Assembly: GCA_027604505.1 (NCBI GenBank)
Contig: JADIIX010000016.1
Location: forward strand, 62,001 to 126,000
Length of the DNA: 64,000 nucleotides
Source of the DNA: Gonapodya sp. JEL0774
Taxonomy: Eukaryota
Direction of reading: 5' to 3'
In this document: in pieces, positions 49,101 through 62,641 of the stretch
Layout of the letters: every line of letters begins with the position of its first letter
How positions within the stretch are numbered: position 1 is the first letter of the stretch
Translations under genes and position numbers: made by a program
Notes under the pieces: model-generated
The model's input: the letters and a program-made list of their open reading frames with translations, nothing else
The model's database searches: none
Told to the model about the DNA's origin: nothing

Positions 49101-50149
49101 CCGCCACGCACCCACCGACCCAACCGTGGGCCACATCGTCGGCAGGGTCCGGCTACGGCTCTACACCAGTTCTTCCACCACCGGCCCCCACCACCGCCCC
49201 CCTTACCACCACCCCAACCGCCCCTTGGTCCCCCTCGCCGGTCGCCTCCACGTCCACTGGCTCGGCGGCTCCCGCGTACGCACCGGCACCGACGTGGACG
49301 CCGCCGCCGGTGAGGAGTTCGGGGGGGAGGGGGATCGCGAAGCCGTGGATGGGTGTGGGTGCGGGTTCAGGAGGGGGAGCCGGGGCGGCGGGAGCGAGTG
49401 GGACTGGGAGTGCAGGGGTCGGAGGGGGACAGGCGCAGGCGCAGTACTCGATGCCCATGACGTCCACGCAGGCGTTTGGATTGCCGCCGAACGCGGCGAG
49501 TGGGGCGGGGATGGTGGCCGGACAGGGACAGGGGCAGGTGGAGATGGGAGGTGAGTTGGGGTGTGGTGATGGGGGGATGAAGGGGGTGAGGCACAGGGGG
49601 GAGAGGAAGGAGGGAAGGACGCATATTTCTGTGTTTGGTGTGATGAGGAGGGAGGGTTGGGGGCAATGGAGTGTGCGGTTGATGTTTCTCTACTTGTGTG
49701 TTGTGGTGTTTCTGACGGTACACGTTCTTGTCTTGTGGCAACATTCTTCCCCCGTTGGACATCCTACCCCCGAAGTAGCGTCTCCCATTCCTCAACAACC
49801 CGTTGCGCCCTCTGCAGCACCCCTTGCCTCGCCCTCTCAACCGCCCTCGGCACCCGTCGAGCAGCCGCAACAGCCCCACCTTCCACAACCGGCTCAACAA
49901 ATCTCACCCGTTACCGCCCACTCCACCCTCCCTCCGACCCCGCCAGTTGTGCAAGCCCCCGTCGCCCCACCCACCCTTGCACCTGCCCCTGCGCAGTTTG
50001 TACCATCGGACGCACCGGCACCGAAACGGGCACCACCACCACCACCACAGCCGCCTGCTGGGGATGTCAACGGGGTTCACCACGGAAGTGGGAACGGATT
50101 CGTCAACGGGACGGATAGCGTTGCGGTGGCGGAGGAGGGGATGAATTGA
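46112..50149 (+). CDS. PEX14: Peroxisomal docking peroxin Pex14, greatly extended (~1129 aa, 3 exons)
   Basis: Pex14_N motif LRPALLSQAVSFLSSPKTKSAPKTRKIDFLKSKGLTQPEIDEAF, hydrophobic segment LAIALVWALGPVVGLAW, and conserved DIRAEIRAVKGVLLSIRNFP. Exons 46112-47197, 47618-49550 and 49779-50149 total 3390 nt in frame. Confidence 0.85.
47263..47443 (+). repeat. G-rich intronic minisatellite, ~5 copies of ~36-39 bp
   Basis: Consensus approximately ggtttatggggtttacgggaaaagtgggagagggtg, repeated inside PEX14 intron 1. Confidence 0.75.
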
Positions 50150-50418
50150 TGCGGGTACAGGGCGGGGGATGTGGAGATGGTGATGTGTGCCGTGGGCAGG
50201 TAAAGTTTGGAGGAGCGAGCATGTGCAGGAGGTCGTAGGGAACTGCAGAGTCATGAAATAAAACTGAAAATGCTCCGTCGTGGATTAGAAAAGTGGTCGA
50301 AATAATTTATGCGCAGCGGGGGAATCGTCGTCGTCAATTTGGCATTTGATCAGAGTCCGTGTGTCGGGCAAGAGGGCAACTGACACTGTCTTCACCTGGT
50401 CTTCGTGCATCCGACACG

Positions 50419-53400
50419 ATGAACACGGAAACCACACCGCAACCACCCAGTCGCGTATCCATCAAGACACGGCACGTTACTGCACCTGTTACAGCGCTCT
50501 CTTTCTTGAAAGTCTTGGGGAACGATGGGAGAGAACTGGATACCGGCCCTCGGGCTCGGCCTCCCACACCGACCAGCCAGCCCAGCGAACCAGGCCAGAC
50601 CGCATTATTTCTCATCATTGCTCACGGATCGTATTTGAAGCTGTTTCCTGTCAGGGAAGAGACCGGGGACGGGGCTGGAAGTCTGGGAGCGACAGGGCAG
50701 AATCCAGTCGCCGTTTCGGAGGAAATGTTCGAACGGGCCAAGATTCATGGGATTCGACTTGGTAAGGCAGAACTTGCTTGGAAATCGTTGTCGGGAAAGT
50801 GTCGTTGGTATCTTTGACATGTGAATGACGGCCATTGCCACTTCTCAGCGGAGTCGACTGATTCGAGCAACCGTCCTGAATGTGAAAAATACCGCACACT
50901 GGCAATTTTCGGTTCCAAGTTCCTCCGTGTACTCCGCATCAATCTTGTTGCACCTTCGTTTTCCCCACCCAACACCCTGACCCACGGCAGGGATCAACCC
51001 CACACGTTTCCCGACTGGATCCTCGAAGTGAAATGGGTTCCCGACGACAACTTGGCGGTGCTCACAGCGCACAATCTGTTGCACTTGTTCTCACCGGCTA
51101 CTGGCCAAATCATCAAGTCTGTACAGTGCCCTGAGCGATCATTGTCGTACGCGGGAGCGATGTGGGGACAGAGTTTTGGGAATCTGATTGTTGCGAGTGG
51201 GACGGTCATGGCAGGCGTGGTTGTCTGGACGCCTGAAGCTGATAATGGTACTGCGAATGGGAATGAAACTCTGGAGAGCGTGGAGCAGGAACCGCCAGTA
51301 CCTGACGGAGTCGACACACAGCCCGATTCGAGATCTGCTCACACCATCGGTTCCGTGCCCAAAGGCTCCCTCTTGCGACCCTGGAACTCTGCTCAGCACC
51401 TTTCACATGCTGTTGGTACGGTTGTGACTCGATGTGAGGGACATGATGTATGTACAATCTCCTCGCGTGACCACAAGAGCGAATCGCGCAAGTTCCTGAT
51501 AATTTGCGTCACCTGCAACTAAAAGGGCGCGGTGTTTTCAGTGTCATTCGACTCATCTGGGAGATATCTTATCACTGCGGGGGACGATCGGACAGTGAGA
51601 ACGTGGGACCTTGCTACAAGCACCGAGAGTATTCGGTGAGTTGCCACTTTGAAGAATTTCGAACGGCGTGGTTCACGGACCCATCCGAAAATCCCATCGG
51701 AAAATCGCATTTGTGAGCAGCAACATTACAGAGCCCTCAACGACATCTTTCGGTCATATTTCCCGCGTGTGGCGTGCCGTGTTCATTCCTCCGGTAAGCA
51801 CTGCATCTGTGGACGAACCTCCGCGCTACTCTGTATCGGCATCGGAAGACGCGACCGCCCGGGTGTGGCAGCTTCCCTTAGCCAACCAAGAAACGCACGG
51901 AAAGTTGTCGGCGCAGTGTGTGACTGTGCTCGGTGGTGGAACGGGTAAACGCGGACAGGGGTGGCGGGGTGGAGGTGGAGGTGGTCACGAGAAGCGAAAT
52001 ATTTGGAGTATTGACGTGGCAGTGATGAAATCTCAAGTACACACTGATGGTTTCAGAACGTTGGTCGCTACCGGTGGCGGTGATGGAGGAGTACGGCTCT
52101 GGGATTGTACCTCAAACGTTGAGGAGGGCGATGGAGGAATGCCGATTGTCTCGTGGAGGGTCCTGGCGCGCAGACAAGAGCCCAATGAAGTCGATGAATC
52201 AATGACTGCGGATGCACGGCAACACAAGCGTGGTCGTGGGAAAAAGAAGTGGTCCGCACGGGAGAATGTTCCTGGTATTGATAACGCGACTCAAAGCTTG
52301 GAACAGGAATCTCCAAGCAGACCCTCTTTCATTTCGTTCAACCTTCTTTCGGCTTCTCTCTTACTGGTTGTGGACGACCGAGGAGACTTCTATGTACAGC
52401 CCATCATATCGAACTTGAAATCAGGTGTCATCGGTTTGGATTCTGTCCCGTTTTTCTCTGACGCACGGTTCTCTCGCTACGTCACACTTTCTTCTTGCCC
52501 CGCTCAATTCTCTACCAGCACACTTGTTGTTGTTGGGAATCAAGCAGGATTGTTTCGGGCTGTTCTGTACGACCCTCTCACACCCTCTCCATTGCGAAGC
52601 ACCGAGTGGTTGGTCGGGACAGGCGCACATGAAGACCGGATCGAGGAAATATGGTCCTATTATAAGCATAGGGACTCACTGACGGAGGACTGCTGGGATG
52701 TCTTCTCGTTCGCAACCGGTGGTAATCTTTGGTGGCATCGGATCACATTCTCGCGCAATGTTGATGCCGCTCAAGGCGCTCAGCAAATCGCAAGTCTCAC
52801 ATACGTACAGCGGGACGCTCTCCATGTGGCAGTGACCTATCCGAAGGGGACGGAGTGGATAGTGGGTGTGGCTACCTACCGAGGCACAGTGGAACTCTGG
52901 TGGCCCGACTCCAGTGGTGCACCCACGAGATTGGTGGTCATTGATGTCACATTGAATGGCCTGGCAGTGACCTCTCTTTCATTCTTAACTTCGTCGCCAA
53001 GCCAACGGGAGCTGTTACTGACAACTACGTCACGTGAGGGAAGGTGGTGGACGTGGAGTGTTGCGCTACCACTGAAATCAGAGTCAGAATACGAAGCGAA
53101 CGATTTAAGAGGTGTTTTGGAGACTCGGCTGGAAGAACAGAGCGATGTTGAGGACGACGAGAGTCTTTTAAATGAGGATGGGGTGTTAAACCCCAGTGTT
53201 ACAGCTCTGATTGACGGAAATAATGGGGCGATACGGTTGAATGGAATGAGGGTGACCATGGGATGGTTAGAAGGGGTGAGTTTTGTGAGGGGTTAGTCTC
53301 GGTGTTGAGGTTTAGTATTCATTCGTGAAGAACATGCGCTTACACATGTTGACTTCATCTGATCGTTCTCGTAGATGTTACCATCTGATTCTGGCTCGCC

Positions 53401-55401
53401 AATGGTTGTGTGGGGCTTCAGAAGTGCAAGATTTTTTGTGTACGATGTGAGACTCCGACGAGAAGTATGTAATCTAAGGTGTTCGCCTTCCTCTTTTTCA
53501 TTTATTATTTTCGAAACTAAATCTTGTTGCGTCTACTTCGCAGGTTTTCTTCGCTGTATGCGGTGGTGCCCATCGTCGCTGGCATGTGAAGGCAGAGCAG
53601 CAAAGTGATGGTTCATGGATCTGCGCGTTCATCTTCTTCAAAGCCGGTGGGGTGGGTTGACGTACTTGCAAACATTTATCGATGTGCTTATCAGACCTAG
53701 TCTTGTCAGGTTTGGCTCCACAAAAGTGTCCCTCTAGCAGTCAAGGTTCCCAACATCACCAAAGTGATTCAGGTCCGCACCTGTCGTTATTCAGTGTTGG
53801 AATTCCGATTTCTCTTCCACTTCTTTCTCTTGCGCTTATTAGCCTAGTTTCCATGGGATGGGCATTTCCTGCATTGAGCCACTCGACTTTGGCGAGAGCA
53901 CATCCATTTCGATAGCAACCGGTGGTGACGACGGAGCTATCAGACTCAGCTCTTGTGAGTTGGAGCCGGTTGTAAATGTCTCAGTGAAAGGCACTATCAG
54001 GGAGAGATTTAAAGATCACCAACTTGCATTGACTGTCAGTCTCGGCCGCTGAAGTGACACCCTTCAATCCTCTCGTCACTTATCCGTCACACTTCAGCGG
54101 AGTCCGATCCCTCACTTCACCTCAAACATATGAATTCGATATGGTTGGAGACCTTTCACAAATAGAAGGAAGCCCCTCGTGGCTATTGTCTGGTGGTGGA
54201 AAAGGCGAACTTATCGCTTGGCGGGTACTGAGAGGTCGAGATGGGGTCAGTCTTGGAATGGTAGCCAAAGGGTCTGAAATCATGTGAGGCTCGTTCCCTA
54301 GCATGGCCACCATATACTGATGATTTCTCCCATAACATCAGCGACGACTACGAAACGAGGATAATGTCATTAACGTCTTTCGCAATGCATTCGGTCGAGA
54401 ACGAAATGATTTACGTCGGCATGGCGTTGTCAGACGGTCGCATAAAAATGGCTCTGTTTGAGCCACGTACCAAATCGATTTCGGACCTGGCACAAATCTC
54501 ATTATACCATCATTGCGTACTGAAACTGCGACATGTTATCATCCCTCGATATGAGTTACCGAATGACATCTCTCTGCAATGCTCTTTGGTGATCCTTGCG
54601 AGCGCTGCTACCGATGGATCGATTTCCATGTGGAACTCCGGGGCTTTGCCGTTGGCCCAATGCAATAAAGACTCAATGCGCGAACTGCCAAACCGGCAAG
54701 ACTCAACTCTACTGTGGTATGGTCGAATACATCAAAATGGTGTGAATGGTATGGATGTACTTTGGAGTGAGTGGTCGCAGGCAGCCGTGCACATCCTGCT
54801 GTGTTTCTTTGATTGATGCAAATTTCTTGAAGGTCGATCTCTCCAACTTCTATTACTGGCAACAAGCTCTGACGATAATTCTCTGATAGTGACATTGTTC
54901 CGAGTCTCGGAAAAAGCGGGTGCCCCGGTTTTGACCGCGATTGGAAGTGCCAGTGAGAAGTCGGCTCACTCGTCCAACATCACTTGTGAGCTCCCGTAAG
55001 AGAATTCACCCTACCACATTACTGTTACTGAGGCTTTCGCTTTGAGGCATTAAAATTATCTCCAGAGCTTATTATGGCCACACTTTTGGAGATGAACCAG
55101 GCAACCAAAACCGTACATTCTCGATTTTATCCTCTTCTACCGACCAGCGCTTTCGGCTTTGGGACTTGAGCATCCATTCAAATGTCAAAGGACCCACACT
55201 ATCACTTCAATTGCGATATTCGCAGTGGGTTCATGTTGCGGATGTTGCTGATATTGCAGTTTTCTCTCGCCGGTTGGTGTCTTCGTGGCCTCTATTGCAG
55301 CCGCACTTGCGCACTGGGGTTCTCAAAATCGGGCTTTTCCTTCCTTCTAAAGGTTTTGCGCGATTGTTGGGACAGGAATACAAATTTTAGAGATGTACTG
55401 A
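50419..55401 (+). CDS. WDR6: WD40 protein WDR6/Trm734 (Rtt10), Trm7 tRNA 2'-O-methyltransferase partner (multi-exon)
   Basis: Family-like motifs in order: PVTALSF, DWILEVKW, ERSLSYAG, IVASGTVMAGVVVW, GH..AVFSVSFDSSGRYLITAGDDRTVRTW, FGHISRVW, VATGGGDGGVRLW, CGGAHRRW, ASAATDGSISMW, IHQNGVN, VADVAD, VGTGIQIL then EMY* at 55401. Confidence 0.85.
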
Positions 55402-55528
55402 AAATCATTAATTGTTTTGCAATTTGAACTCAACGACTATTTGCTTACAACATTCACACTTTAGATGTCCAAATTAATTCTGTTTGACGGATCTTGTTGA
55501 ACAATGCAAAATGAAATGGCCAGTCCCA

Positions 55529-58500
55529 CTACTCAGACGTTTGAACATAAGTATCCCACCATCCAGAAGCAACACTTTTCACCGCACCCAACACCGACGC
55601 CACCTCTTGTCGCACAAATCCCATCATTTGATCGATTTGCTTCCTCGCAAACTCCAAATAGTATCCGTCCTCAATCACTGCCACCGGCTCAGGGGTAATA
55701 ACCACTTCAGATCCTTGGTCCTCCTCTGTGACCGGTTCAGGTACAGGTGTCTCCTTCACCGGACCTTCTCCGTGCGCCGCAATTTCTTCATTCACGGGGA
55801 CTTCGTCCTTGGCGACCTCCTCAGGCGGTGTACCAGCTCCCTCAATAGTATCGTGTTCACCGGCAACTACGTCTTCTTCGGTTGGCACGATGTTGACCTC
55901 GTTCGCTTCATATGTGGTGCTGGTTGACCTGGTTGACCACAATCCTCTCCACCTCTCAGAGACAAGTCCAGCTGCCCTCACAACATCGTCTTTCACAGAA
56001 ACCGTGGCATAAGTACCAATATCAACAGCCCAGACATCTTTTTTGCCGGCATCAATGTCATCTCTTGATTTGACTCTCAAGACAGAAGCAATCGCGAGAA
56101 GAAGGAGCAGGAAAATCCACAGGCAGATGCCACAGGTGCCATTCTTATTCAATGTTTTCCCGAAATCGTCTCGAATCTTCTTCTGTGGCTTGTTCGCGGA
56201 CTCTTCAAACTTTCCTTCCTGCTCGGAGTGACTCGTGAGATGTCGGGGGTCTGAAGTGAGCAGAGCCTCTGCAGTGATAAGTTTTTTCCCCTCGTATTTC
56301 CTGTCTTCCTCGACTTCCTGCTCACTCTGTTCCAAAGTAAACTGAGTTTCGTTCAAGTTCACTTGCGGGACGACATCTGTCGAAACGTGGGAAACGTCAC
56401 GAGGAGCTTTCAGCTCTTGCACGTGAGTTGATTCGGCTGAAAGGTGGTGAAGCAGATGTTTTGATAATTTAAGGCACCGAAATACGAAAGCCACGTGCAC
56501 ACCGAGAAACCACAATTGAATCGACTAACCGTCGGAAATGTTCAAGTCCGTCCCTGGAATCGCCAGCTCCTCTATTGTGATTGCAGAGGCAAAGGGGCAC
56601 AAGTTTGTCCCAAATCCAAAAACGACAAGTAAAAAAAAATAATGAGTACCTGCCGCGGGATCGTCAACGTCAGGAACTGTCAAAACGGCCAACTCGGTTG
56701 TGCCTCCAGTCGTTATCACGGGAACGACTTCTTCGGTAGGTTCCTCAGCCGCCATAGCTGTTGCAGTGGGAACAGAGGGTGTCTCTACATCCACAACCGA
56801 ACCGATGGATTGAGACACCATAATTGAGCTTGCGAGAGACGGATTGGTCGTTTGTTGTTCGGGTTCCGTCGTGCCGATCGCTTCAGCTCCTCGATCTAAT
56901 GTGGTCGAATTTTGCAATTCCCGCAATGTACGAGCAGGCAATTCCGAAACATGTTCAGCAACACGATTGAGAGACTCCGATTTTCTCACTGTCTCCGCCA
57001 TAGTCGCAGCTGCTTTGATGTTCTCGCCGGTAAAACCGCTTGTCTCTAGAGGTGGCACGAATAACTCAGACTTACGTTCTAATCCCCCCTGCGCAACAGC
57101 ATCGTCCCGAATATTATCAGCTGATATTCCGCGAGTTATTGTCTCGGGGGGAGTGTTATCTTGCTGAGGAGGCAGCTCCGAGATCAGTATCGGTGTCTGA
57201 GACATACCCTCCGTTTCCGATACCGCAACTAGACTTTGGTCCGGCGCATCCTGAGGGGTCGATTGAAACATGTCGGGAACCTCTCCAGTATCAATGTCCG
57301 CGGCGGCGGCAACCCCATCTGATTCAAAATCCATCGTCAGGTCAAGGGGCTTGGGATCTGGTACATTTTCTGTGTCCCCCACGTCGAGAGCTTCCTCAAA
57401 AATCCCCGCCGGAAGCTGTTCCGGTGCGTTGTATGAATTCAGTACCGAGGGACCTTCGCCAGTGCTATCATCCGTCGTCAACTCGGGTTCTGTGGGCCTG
57501 CCCTCTGTCTCCACTGCGGCTTCATCATTCGTCACTTTGGCGTCTTCAGACTCACGTACGATCGGGCGAGCGTCTGCATCGACTTCTACATTTCGAGCAG
57601 TCTCAGATGACTCCTCCACCGACGGCTCAAGCGACTTGGGTTCCAGTTTGGGTGATGAACCCGATTGCGGTTCTTCGACGACGACATCCAAAACGTCGAA
57701 ATCAACAAGTACCGAGGGGTCCTTAATGCCTGCGTCCAATTCCCTATTCCCTGAAATTGGAGGCGGAGCGGCCATTCTGAGATCAAGTTCTTCCGCGTTG
57801 GCAACATTCTCGTCGAGTTCACGCTCATTTCCTTTCGAAAAATAATCTGCCGATATGTGAGATCTGGGTTGATCTTGCAGAATGTCGGTCAAATTTCCGG
57901 GAGTAATGATTGTCGGATCCCCTTCCCCTGTGAGTGATTCTGCGTTCGCTTCAGTGGATTGACGTTTGTTGTTGGCGATCGTTCTCTCTTCGCCGTACTC
58001 GTGGTGATCGTCCGTAATTGTGTGACTGCTTCTACTGGCGTGGTGAGAGCTTTCATGAACAGTGGTAACTTCAACCTCAACCATCTCCTCAACTTCCTCG
58101 TATTCCAGCGAAGAGTTAAAAGGATTTCTGTTACGGGGCTTCCGAGGTTTCAGCTCAGTGACTTCGATTTCCTCCTCCTCTTCGATGGACATATCATACT
58201 CGATTTCTCTTTTGATCGTGCGTCGCCCAAACCCTTCCTCAGGTTCCCTTTCAATAACCCGTCGTGTCACACGAACTGTCCTTCCCTCTTGGTCTTGAAA
58301 GATTTTTTCTTCATCCGGGCTGTCTTTGAATGCTGCTTCAAGAGTTTTGTTGGTATCCTTGGGACAGTCGGTATTAGTCACTGTCTGTCCGTTGAAATCA
58401 ACCAAGCCGATTTTACCTCATCTAGCTGTCCATCGTCCCTCACATGAATTACGGTAATGATTGATGCGGAAGGTGAAGCAACATTTGAGAAAACGGTGGA

Positions 58501-58536
58501 AGGTGGAGTTGGAGGACGCGTCACCGAGTCTTCCAT
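55529..58536 (-). CDS. Acidic low-complexity protein with a single C-terminal-half TM helix (hypothetical, spliced)
   Basis: E/D/T/P-rich ORFs 58405-56525 and 56515-55529 on the same strand, TM helix GICLWIFLLLLLAIASVL. Probable ATG at 58536 (MEDSVTRPP). Confidence 0.6.
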
Positions 58537-59241
58537 TTTGAAGCCCAACAAGAAACACAGAATTCGATGTGATTTGACACAAAGCTCAAAGTTGACAAAG
58601 TCGACTAGATAAAAAACTGAGCAGGCCTGAATTTCTTCTTGTCTGAATCCTTTGCGCAAGCGATTGAGACGACAATTGAGCGAGAGTGAATCACATGAAC
58701 GTGCTACTGTTATTACCTCGCAACAATCTGACTCGGCGTATCAGATTGAGGGAGAGTCTTTCAGTGGATCGGTGAAATCCAGTACTATGGCTGACGAGAT
58801 CCACGGGAAGTTGTGTTTGGCAAATCAACTGTCTATTTTATGGGCATGGAAGCAGGGGGGTGGTTGATTGCTGTGGTCATGAGAAGCCCCCAACCACGCA
58901 AATTACATAGTTTGAACGCGCATGGTCCGAGGACGCGAATCTTCGTGCTTTTTGCGAGAGTTGTGCATGGACGACTTTTTCCATCCTTTTGATACCTCGT
59001 GGTGTGATTTCGGGTCGCCAATGTTACAGTAGGACCAGAAGTTCCTTACGGAACCTTCGGCGAACTCCAGCAGGCTCAGCCAAGGAGTGTAATTTAGCTT
59101 ATGGTTTGATCTGATATCTTTGCTCACTCAGTGTCGAACTTAGAATGACATATATAGTCGAATTAGGAGGTGTGAGCCAGGAATCCCGCACTCTGTCGAT
59201 CGCACGAGGGCCATTCGAAAGACGAGTCTTCTATTTTGAGC

Positions 59242-60313
59242 CTAGCCCGCTAAGCGAGTTCTACCTGTGAGTAGATATGCAGACCCGTTCACATCCTCTG
59301 TGATTCTGAGATTCACTGCCTGAATCGCTGGACCTTGTTCTTCCTCCCGAACCAGTTGGTCTGCTGGTAGCAGTATAGCTGATGACTTTGCCAATATGGC
59401 TTGACTTCCGAACCGTGGGTTTTTGACCTCAACGAAAGAGATCGTCAACAGCTGTGTATTCGATAAGCAACGAGATTCGCGATGCTACTCACTTCAATCT
59501 TAGGACATACAATTCGCAAAGTTTTTGTTATAATTACTGTGTATCCTTGCCGTTGTACGTAGGTGTACGTAAGATACTGTCCGACGGTGTAAACAGCCAA
59601 GCTCGAGAAAATGTGCCAAATTGCATGACCGGGGATCCACCGCCTCAGGTTGGGGGGAATGTATTCACACAAAGACTCGTTCAGTGTCCATATCGCTACC
59701 GCAATTATGGCCAGGATAAATGAAATGAGAGGTAGACGCTTCACATCGGACAAGTTGGGTCGGTTTTCCCGAGTAGTGACAAACACGAGTACATAGAGCA
59801 AGGACGTGAGAATTCCAAACGTTATATTGCCACTTGGACCGATACTGAGGGCTTGTTGGACCGTTGCAATCGAGATGCCGGAAGCAACAACCAGCGCACA
59901 GCCACACGATGCGATGTGATAGACCCGGAATGTCCAACGACGCTTCTCCATTTCGTACGCATTAATGTCGTCGAAAAGAAGGTAGACTGCTATCAGAATG
60001 GGCATTCCCATGGTCACGGGGTCCATGATGCTCCAAAATAGGTCCGCTGTGTAGTGACCAATGAACGACGAGACGCCGTTGAGGGCGATGAAAGCGTAGA
60101 TCAACCTGCATTTCCAATCCCAGATACGATATGGATGCTCAAGTCACAAGATCTAGACGGTGTACTTGACTGCGGTGCTCACCGAATGCTCGCTATCACG
60201 TGGTTGCTTCCAAACAATCCGTACAGTCCCACGGCGCTTATAAAGGGGGCGGTGAAGGCACTAAAGTACTCTGGTGTACCTTTGGGCTCCGAAATTGATT
60301 CGCAGAAAACCAT
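59242..60313 (-). CDS. Alkaline ceramidase-like CREST-family membrane hydrolase
   Basis: MVFCE...PEYFSAFTA (FCE/E.F.T motif), GVSSFIGH (SxxxH), MDPVTM, IWTLNESLC, GHAIWHIF (HxxWH), multiple TM helices. Introns near 60.11-60.18 kb and 59.45-59.49 kb. Confidence 0.8.
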
Positions 60314-60661
60314 GATGGACAAGTCTTGACAGTAGCGTGAGGAGTGGGATATGGTGAGGACAATCCATCGAAGTTGCGAAGAACGATTGTTCCAGTGGCT
60401 TCGCTCCCGCCGCTGGCGCTGCGCACCTACATAATCTTTATTCATGCATCATAAAGTAGTAGTCTGTAAAATGACAGGAGAACAAAGCTCTCATGATTAG
60501 AATGGAGAGTGAAACCACAGGGACGAGCTGCTTCTATTGAATGCGCAGTCAGATCATCAGACAAAATTTACATTTAAGTTGTTTTCCCGATAAAATTTCC
60601 CATGTAATTTCCAATGAGAGTGCACCTGATGCTTTTCAACTTCCACCGTAGCCATGGTAAT

Positions 60662-61771
60662 CTACAATGTCCCCTTGTTCAATACCTCGGGTACAATAAC
60701 TCCCCAATCTTCCACCTTGAATTCCTCAAGCGAGCAGATTACCGTTCCACCGCGGTCGCAGACCTGACCGGCTAAATCTCTGTATCGAGAAGCAATCAAA
60801 CGGAGGAAAGCCGGATCAGATCCCGTGACCCAGACGGGCACCATTCCTGCATGAAGGGCTGCCATGACTCCAGAGGGCGAGTCTGCGAGTAACGAGTGGA
60901 GAAATTCAAGTGGATTATTTTTTCACAGAGGGAAGAGATTGTGCGGACTCACCCTCGAACACGAACACATCGCGCTTCTCCTCGTCAACGTCCACCCGCA
61001 CACCTAGCCGCTTTGCTGCCTCCAAAAATATATCTGGGGCAGGTTTACCACGAACCACCGTGGGGTCGTCGCCCAAGACCCATCTACCCTCGAACAACGC
61101 GAAAAGGTCTGGATTGGAAGAGCGTTTAAGGAGAAACTCAGGGCGAGCAGAAGAGGTGGCGATCTGGGAAGTTACCAAACTTGGCTTAACCATTGTAGAG
61201 TTTCGGAAGTGGACGAATTGCTCACAGACACAGGAACAGACGAATGCTTCAACTTTTGAACTAGCCGGAAAGCGCCAGGTAGAGGCAGCACAGTCCGCCA
61301 AGAAATAGCCTACGGTCAATTGCGACGCTGATCACAAAACATATCTTCGAAATACCTCCAGGTACTCACCTGGCGCTTCCTCAGCTCCAATCGATAGTCT
61401 TCAGGAGTCAATCCAACACCAGTTGACTCCAAAACGAGTTTTGTCGACTTTTAATTAGCCGAAGAATCCCACAGCAAGACCAAATTGAGACCTCGTTCAG
61501 TTGAGCAAGGCTGATCCACGATCACCAACCTCATATGCTGTCAATCCCAGTCGAGCAGCGTTGATTTCGTCCGAGAGCTCGTACCCTCGCTCACGAAGGA
61601 TGGATGATGCGGCATCGTGGTAGCATCGTTCTGTATCAATAAGGAGGCCGTCCTGTGAAGAGTGAGCGAAACCGGTGAGAAGTTGGGCTTGATGTCCAGG
61701 AGGGGAACTCCATTATGGTTGATTCGAACCATGTCGAAGATTGCATAGCGGAGAACAGGTCGTGTGAGCAT
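60662..61771 (-). CDS. HAD-superfamily phosphatase (HDHD1/PUDP/GS1-like, multi-exon)
   Basis: YAIFDM|DGLLIDTE (motif I split by an intron), IATSS (II), GDDPTVVRGKPAPDIFLEAAKRLG (III), FVFE|DSPSGVMAALHAGM (IV). Confidence 0.88.
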
Positions 61772-62641
61772 AATTTTGAGTTGGTGGCTCAATAGAGAGT
61801 TTGTTGTGAGTCCCGGACCACAAAGCTGAAAGCGACGAACAAATGACTGAGGTTACATATGTATGTCAACAAAAAAATGCTACACATACAAGTTTCGAGA
61901 TACGCTTGAGACCAAAGTTTCCTTGCATAGAGTATATGATCTATGCTTTTCTTCTGTTGTTACTAGTCCACCAGCTCGAAAGCGACTGAGAAGTAAAATG
62001 CGGCATGTATGAAATTTGATTCATTGCCTTGTGGCTTATTTACCTTGTTTGGAGGGTATCATGATGCATGATGACGTCGATAAGCCGGCGGGGTCTGGAT
62101 GCCTATTGGCCGTCGAAACGAAAGTCGACATGCCCAAATCAGGTTAAACCGCATTAAAAAGGCATACATATCATACATACTGTGAGTTGCTCGGAGCATC
62201 TTTTGTCACCTGGAAAGAATTGCTGGGTGAGTCCTGCCTCGGAGAATACACAGTTGGCGGAGATGATTAGTGTCACCCCACCCTGTGAAACGCCAGCTCG
62301 AGTATTCGATGACACTTTTGGGATCGTGGGTCGAAATCCATACCGAGACTTTGACATACCTCTCGGCTTGCCGCGGCTGGAAGGGATGGAGCGTGGCGAA
62401 TGAGAGTGATTTTAGACTTAGGAGGTTGTGGAAGAGGCGAAGCACAGGACAAACGGCAGGAGAATGAATACCAAAAAGGTATAATAGAGGCAGATTCCAC
62501 CGAGGATGACGAGATCGAATACTCCATGGAACTTGTTCCTGGGCATCTGATATACTTCAATATCCAAGCTCTGAGACTCTGACTAAATGTCATTCCTCAC
62601 GGGCAACCGACTTCAGGGTCGCAGTTCCTTACTCTTTTGAC

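Noticed and set aside
46121..49554. Many long overlapping antisense or alternative-frame ORFs over PEX14
   Set aside because: These are shadow ORFs of GC-rich low-complexity coding DNA. Only one frame carries Pex14 motifs.
62060..62150. Box C/D snoRNA or hammerhead-like motif (atgatga...cgaaac)
   Set aside because: No properly placed CTGA D box or CUGAUGA core, and no supporting stems.
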